Of a stretch of 64,000 bases of DNA, positions 56,101 through 64,000 are shown in pieces. The notes under the pieces were generated by a model that made no database searches, was not told where the DNA came from, and saw only the letters and a program-made list of their open reading frames with translations. The DNA lies in contig OZ024746.1 in assembly GCA_964016885.1 (NCBI GenBank), forward strand, positions 51,336,001-51,400,000, written 5' to 3'. Numbering within the stretch: position 1 is the stretch's first letter; the number at the start of each line of letters is the position of its first letter. The position numbers were made by a program, and so were the translations under genes. This DNA is from Eledone cirrhosa (taxonomy: Eukaryota).

Positions 56101-57031
56101 TGTATGTATGTGCGCATTTACGTATGTATGTTATCTCTTTCTCTTAATTTCGAGTATATTTTTTTGACTGGCCACCTTCCTGGTGGCAAGGTTCTAAAAG
56201 AAAAGAAATTGTCATCCCTTGAATCGCAAGAATGTTTTACAAATTTTGAAGGTACCAACTATCGCAGCCATTTGTAGACTATGAATTAGGGAGCTGCGCT
56301 CTTTGTCCGCAAATCCAAGTTCAGTCATACTTTGGCATATAACCCGTAGCTCCAATAATGATGTATGTATGTATGTATGTATGTATGTATGTATGTATGT
56401 ATGTATGTATGTATGTATGTATGTATGTATGTATGTATGTTTGTATGCAGCAAATGGTCAAACTGGGATAACTCCGATATAAAACCCGCGGCTCAGTAGT
56501 TACCGATGATGTTGATATTTTCTTCTTTTCGGGTTATAGCTACTGTAGCTCAGAGAGTGGGATTGGCTGAGTGCACAGTCTTTCCTCATTTAAAAAAATA
56601 TCTTCATGCACAGGTTAATTAATAATTATTAATAATGGTATATCGTGCAATGGCCATACTCGATAACGAAGGGGCAGCCATCATCATGTATGTATGTATG
56701 TATGTATGTATGTATGTATGTATGTATGTATGTATGTATGCATGTATGTATGTATGTATGTATGTATGCACGTAGGTGTGTATATATGTATGCAGCAAAT
56801 GGTCAAAATCATTGGAAAGTCGGATTAAAATGTTCTGCAAAGTTCATTGCGACTCAATACGTTCTGAAGTTAAATCGCCTCTGAGGCAACTTCGATAAAC
56901 AAAGGACGAGACCAGAGCGGTACATTGCCGGAATTCTTTGAATGTCATACATGATGCCTTGCGGTATTTTTGTCGGCCCTTTACCTTCTAAGTTAGCCGA
57001 GTTGTGATGCTCTTTATCTTTCCATTGGACA

Positions 57032-57230
57032 GGTGAATTGGCAGTATCGGTAGAGGGTCGGACGCCATGCTATGTAGCATAGAGTTACGACCCTTTATGA
57101 GCTGAGTTCACATCCCGCTGAGGTTAACTTTACTTTTCATCCTTACAGGGTCTATAAAATAAAGTACCAGTCCCGCACTGGGGTCGATTTAATTGACTTT
57201 CCCTCCCCCAAAATTGCTGGCCTTGTGGTA
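57032..57230 (+). mobile_element. tRNA-derived SINE with Meta-like domain
   Basis: TGGCAGTATCGG..GAGTTCACATCCC..TTTCATCCTTACAGGGTCTATAAAATAAAGTACCAGT..GGGGTCGAT. Confidence 0.7.
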
Positions 57231-57427
57231 TTCATATATGAGCAACTGCTGGTCTTCTCCCAAACACCTTATCCAGGCCTATACCTAAGGGTAACTTTCG
57301 TGGTGCGAACATGATTAGTCTGTGTATATAGGGTGCTCTTTCTTCTAGTTGATAGTTTCACTATACACAAATACGCACGCACACGCGCTTTCATACATTC
57401 ATATGCATCTATATATCTATATAACTA

Positions 57428-57592
57428 CCGTATTTCCCGGCATCGAAGACGCTACTTTTTCCCTAAAATATGTTCCCTAAAATATGTGTCTTGGAGGCCG
57501 AAGGTTGTTTATTATTTATTTTTCAAACTTTTGGTTGTCAAAATTAGGGTGTGTCCTCGAGGACGAAGCGTCTTCGGCGCCGGGAAATACGG
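57428..57592. mobile_element. Tc1/mariner-pogo-type MITE
   Basis: TIRs CCGTATTTCCCGGCATCGAAGACGCT / AGCGTCTTCGGCGCCGGGAAATACGG with TA on both sides. Confidence 0.8.
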
Positions 57593-57924
57593 TATCTATC
57601 TATCTATACATACATATATACATACATGTATATATTTATATGCTGCTCGTAATGGAATTTTAAAAGGTTAAACCTTTCGGACGCTAGAAGAAAGAATGAG
57701 AAATTAGATAGATTGAGGGAACGGGCGGGTGAAATTGGGAAAAATGTCTTGAGATAAAAATAACAGGTCCATTCATGTTGCCAAATTGGATTTTCACTCT
57801 AAAACTGGATATACACCCGGAGTTTACCTGAACTTCCATATGGAAATCTTTTCGTTTCACTGACATTTTCTTTGTTTCTTGCATTATATATATAAGTCTA
57901 AAGTCTGTCATAAGACAGAAGGCT

Positions 57925-58140
57925 CATTTGGCCGGTGCTTATCCCGGTTTCATGGCGTGAAGTGACTGAGAGAACAAGACTCACTTCTGGACAGGATGCC
58001 AGTCCATCGCAGGGTTAACCCCCCAGATATTGCTGGTACACATTTTTAACTGAGTATACTGGAGCAACGTTAAATGAAGTGTTTTGTTCAAGAACATAAC
58101 ACGCAACCCAGGAATCGAACTCACAGCGTTACGATCGTAC
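57925..58140 (-). mobile_element. tRNA-derived CORE-like SINE
   Basis: Minus strand: GTGAGTTCGATTCCTGG..TGTTCTTGAACAAAACACTT..CCTGCGATGGACTGGCATCCTGTCCAG..GAAACCGGGATAAGC. Confidence 0.65.
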
Positions 58141-58162
58141 ACCCTTACCACATATATATATA

Positions 58163-61672
<3,510 letters not shown>

Positions 61673-61700
61673 GTATATATCTATCTATACATATATATAC

Positions 61701-61738
<38 letters not shown>

Positions 61739-61746
61739 ACACCCAC

Positions 61747-61822
<76 letters not shown>

Positions 61823-62231
61823 AATGATGGTGTGGTATGATGGTATCATTGATGGTAAGATGATATGGAAGGGGTAGATTGGTATAGTGGTCGACATGTT
61901 GGTTTTTGGTGGTTGGTAGGATGGTACAATGGGTGGTATGATGGTATAGTTTGGGTAAATTGTTATGCTGGGTGGTAGGCTGATAAGGTGGATGATATGA
62001 TGGTATGGTGGGGAGTAGAAAGGTTTGGTGGGGAGTAGAAAGGTTTGGTGAGGAGTATGATGGTATGGTGGTTAGTATGATGGTATAATGGTGTCATGAT
62101 TACATGGACGGTCATATGAGACATGGCGAAAGGTGGCGTGAATGCATAAGGATTAATATGAGAATATGGTAAGTGAGATAATGGTATTGTGGATGGTATG
62201 ATGAGATAGTGGTTAGTAGGATTGTGTAGCG

Positions 62232-62451
62232 CAGGTATGACAAACATGCGGCCCTCAGGCCACATGAGGCCCTTTACAACCACACCTGCGGCCCTCGTAA
62301 AAGTTTTTACAGCACGAGCATGTTTTATCTTCGTAATATAAAATTTAAAAACATTAGTTGTAATATACGTAATTAGTTGTCTTGTGCGGGCCTCAGACAA
62401 CACATATGCGACCCATGTGGCCCTCGAGGGACCCTCAGCTTAACATGTCTG
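62232..62451. mobile_element. hAT/Charlie-type MITE
   Basis: CAGGTATGACAAAC..GCGGCCC motifs..TTAACATGTCTG; 8-bp TSD-like GTGTAGCG / GCGTAGCA. Confidence 0.65.
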
Positions 62452-62721
62452 GCGTAGCAGGTTGTAGAATGGTATGGTGGTTTTACCTAACATTTGAAGC
62501 GTACGTATATGCTCTTTTCATAGCAAAGGCTTCAATTGAAAATCTGTAGTTTCATCTGCCTTAGGTTCATTTGAAACTTCATATAAACATTGCGTTCTAG
62601 CATAAATATTTATTATTCATTTTATTATGTTGCCAAACGGATGCTTGTTATACATAATAGAACTGACTATTTCAGCGATTTTCTATACTTTATTTCTATG
62701 AATAGCGAATTATAAGGGCAG

Positions 62722-62771
62722 TTATTCTCTGATGAGATGAAATAATCGTTGAAATATCAGCATCAGAATAA
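62722..62771 (+). ncRNA. Type I hammerhead, not embedded in (TA)n
   Basis: TTATTCT-CTGATGA-GATGA aataa TCGTT-GAAA-TATCAGCA-TC-AGAATAA. Confidence 0.7.
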
Positions 62772-63117
62772 TCGCTTATGTTTGCGCTGTGAATTTGAAA
62801 GTGTTTATATTTTGCATTGAACAGGCTTTCTGAAATTTAGACATTTATTAAATATTTCACACTGCTACGTATTTAACAATACTAACACACACACATATAC
62901 CCCCCCCCCCCACACACACACACATACACACACGTACACACACACACACGCACATACACACACGTACACACACACAAACACACGTACACACACATACACA
63001 CGCACATACACGCACACACACACCTACACGTACACACACACGTACACACACATGCACACGCACACGCACACGGACACGTACACGCACACATATGCACGCA
63101 CAAGCGTACATACACAT

Positions 63118-63151
63118 AATAATGACAACAACAACAACTATAATAATAATA

Positions 63152-63193
<42 letters not shown>
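63118..63193. repeat. (TAA)n/(CAA)n microsatellite
   Basis: Read directly from the sequence. Confidence 0.9.
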
Positions 63194-63197
<4 letters not shown>

Positions 63198-63436
63198 CAA
63201 AAACTAAGTCAGACATTCGAATACTACATTACAATGAAACTTATGCTTATTCATTTTTGGGGCCCTTTCTGCCCGTGTGTTTGTTTGTTTATGTGTGTCC
63301 GTATACAGCGTGGTGATAATGCCACACAAGGGCCAAGTGGGATGGCGGATCCACAGATGGCTATGTAAACATACATTCGCCAATCCTCGATAAGAGTGTT
63401 TAAATATCGAACATAAACAGTTCGAATAACGGTGAA

Positions 63437-64000
63437 ATGGAGACTAGAACGTCATGTGACAGACTCTCACCCAACAGGTGCCCCCTGGCTCAGCAGCAGG
63501 AACCTGACTGTCAACCAAATACTGCTGATGTTGGAGGAAGAAGAAGAAGGAAAGGGGCCAGAACCAACTGGACGAAAGAATTGAATAGAACTGTTATGCA
63601 ATGCTACCTGAAAAGTAACCCCAAGGAGAGGGGCTACAGGAGACGGATGCATAACATCTGGAACGAGATTGGTTTATTTAAATTAGATGAACAAAAATTG
63701 GCCGGGCAGGCTCGGGTAATAAGAACTAATGGGTGGATAAGCGAGCTGGAACTGGAGGAACTGAGCAGAGAGAATGGCTTGGAGATGGCGGGTGTAGTAT
63801 GCCAGACAAGCGAGCCGGCGGGAAATGAAGGTGAGGAGGTCCTGAGAACGGAGGAACCACCCGAAGCAGACAATGATCTGAATACTGAGATAAATAATAC
63901 CTGGAACAGAGATACGGCCACTGAGGAGATGAATGCTGACGGGCTAGGACAAGATTCGGTTGACATCCTAAATTTAGTGGTAGATGAGTTGAACAATGAT
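63437..64000 (+). CDS. N-terminus of an R4/Dong-clade non-LTR retrotransposon ORF, running off the window
   Basis: Open frame from ATG 63437: ..RTNWTKELNRTVMQCYLKSNPKERGYRRRMHNIWNEIGLFKLDEQKLAGQARVIRTNGWISELELEEL. Matches the R4/Dong N-terminal pattern as I recall it; absent from the ORF track because no stop is reached. Confidence 0.7.
   Translation, partial: METRTSCDRLSPNRCPLAQQQEPDCQPNTADVGGRRRRKGARTNWTKELNRTVMQCYLKSNPKERGYRRRMHNIWNEIGLFKLDEQKLAGQARVIRTNGWISELELEELSRENGLEMAGVVCQTSEPAGNEGEEVLRTEEPPEADNDLNTEINNTWNRDTATEEMNADGLGQDSVDILNLVVDELNND

Overview
AT-rich, microsatellite-saturated eukaryotic DNA. It is most likely a non-genic or intronic region of an invertebrate; the SINE types suggest an octopod cephalopod, but that is inference from recalled similarity. 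I recognised no host exon. The window is dominated by Penelope-like elements (PLEs) and their non-autonomous derivatives, almost all inserted in (TA)n tracts. One young, 5'-truncated PLE retains an uninterrupted RT + GIY-YIG ORF (47825-50065, Naiad-like), and several Hydra-clade and other PLE remnants are present. At least 12 distinct short sequence families carry hand-foldable type I hammerhead ribozymes (HHRs), most with a palindromic helix III. Three occur as head-to-tail arrays with one HHR per monomer (466 bp x10, 309 bp x6.7, 659 bp x3.3), resembling retrozyme/circRNA concatemers. Most insertions share one fold-back geometry: a short inverted arm ending at an internal TA/ATAT and a long arm with an extra 28-90 nt tail. 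Also present: RTE and CR1-type LINE remnants, the 5' end of an R4/Dong-like element beside (TAA)n, tRNA-type SINEs, two MITEs, simple repeats and a 200-N gap. All folds and alignments were done by eye; no searches were run.
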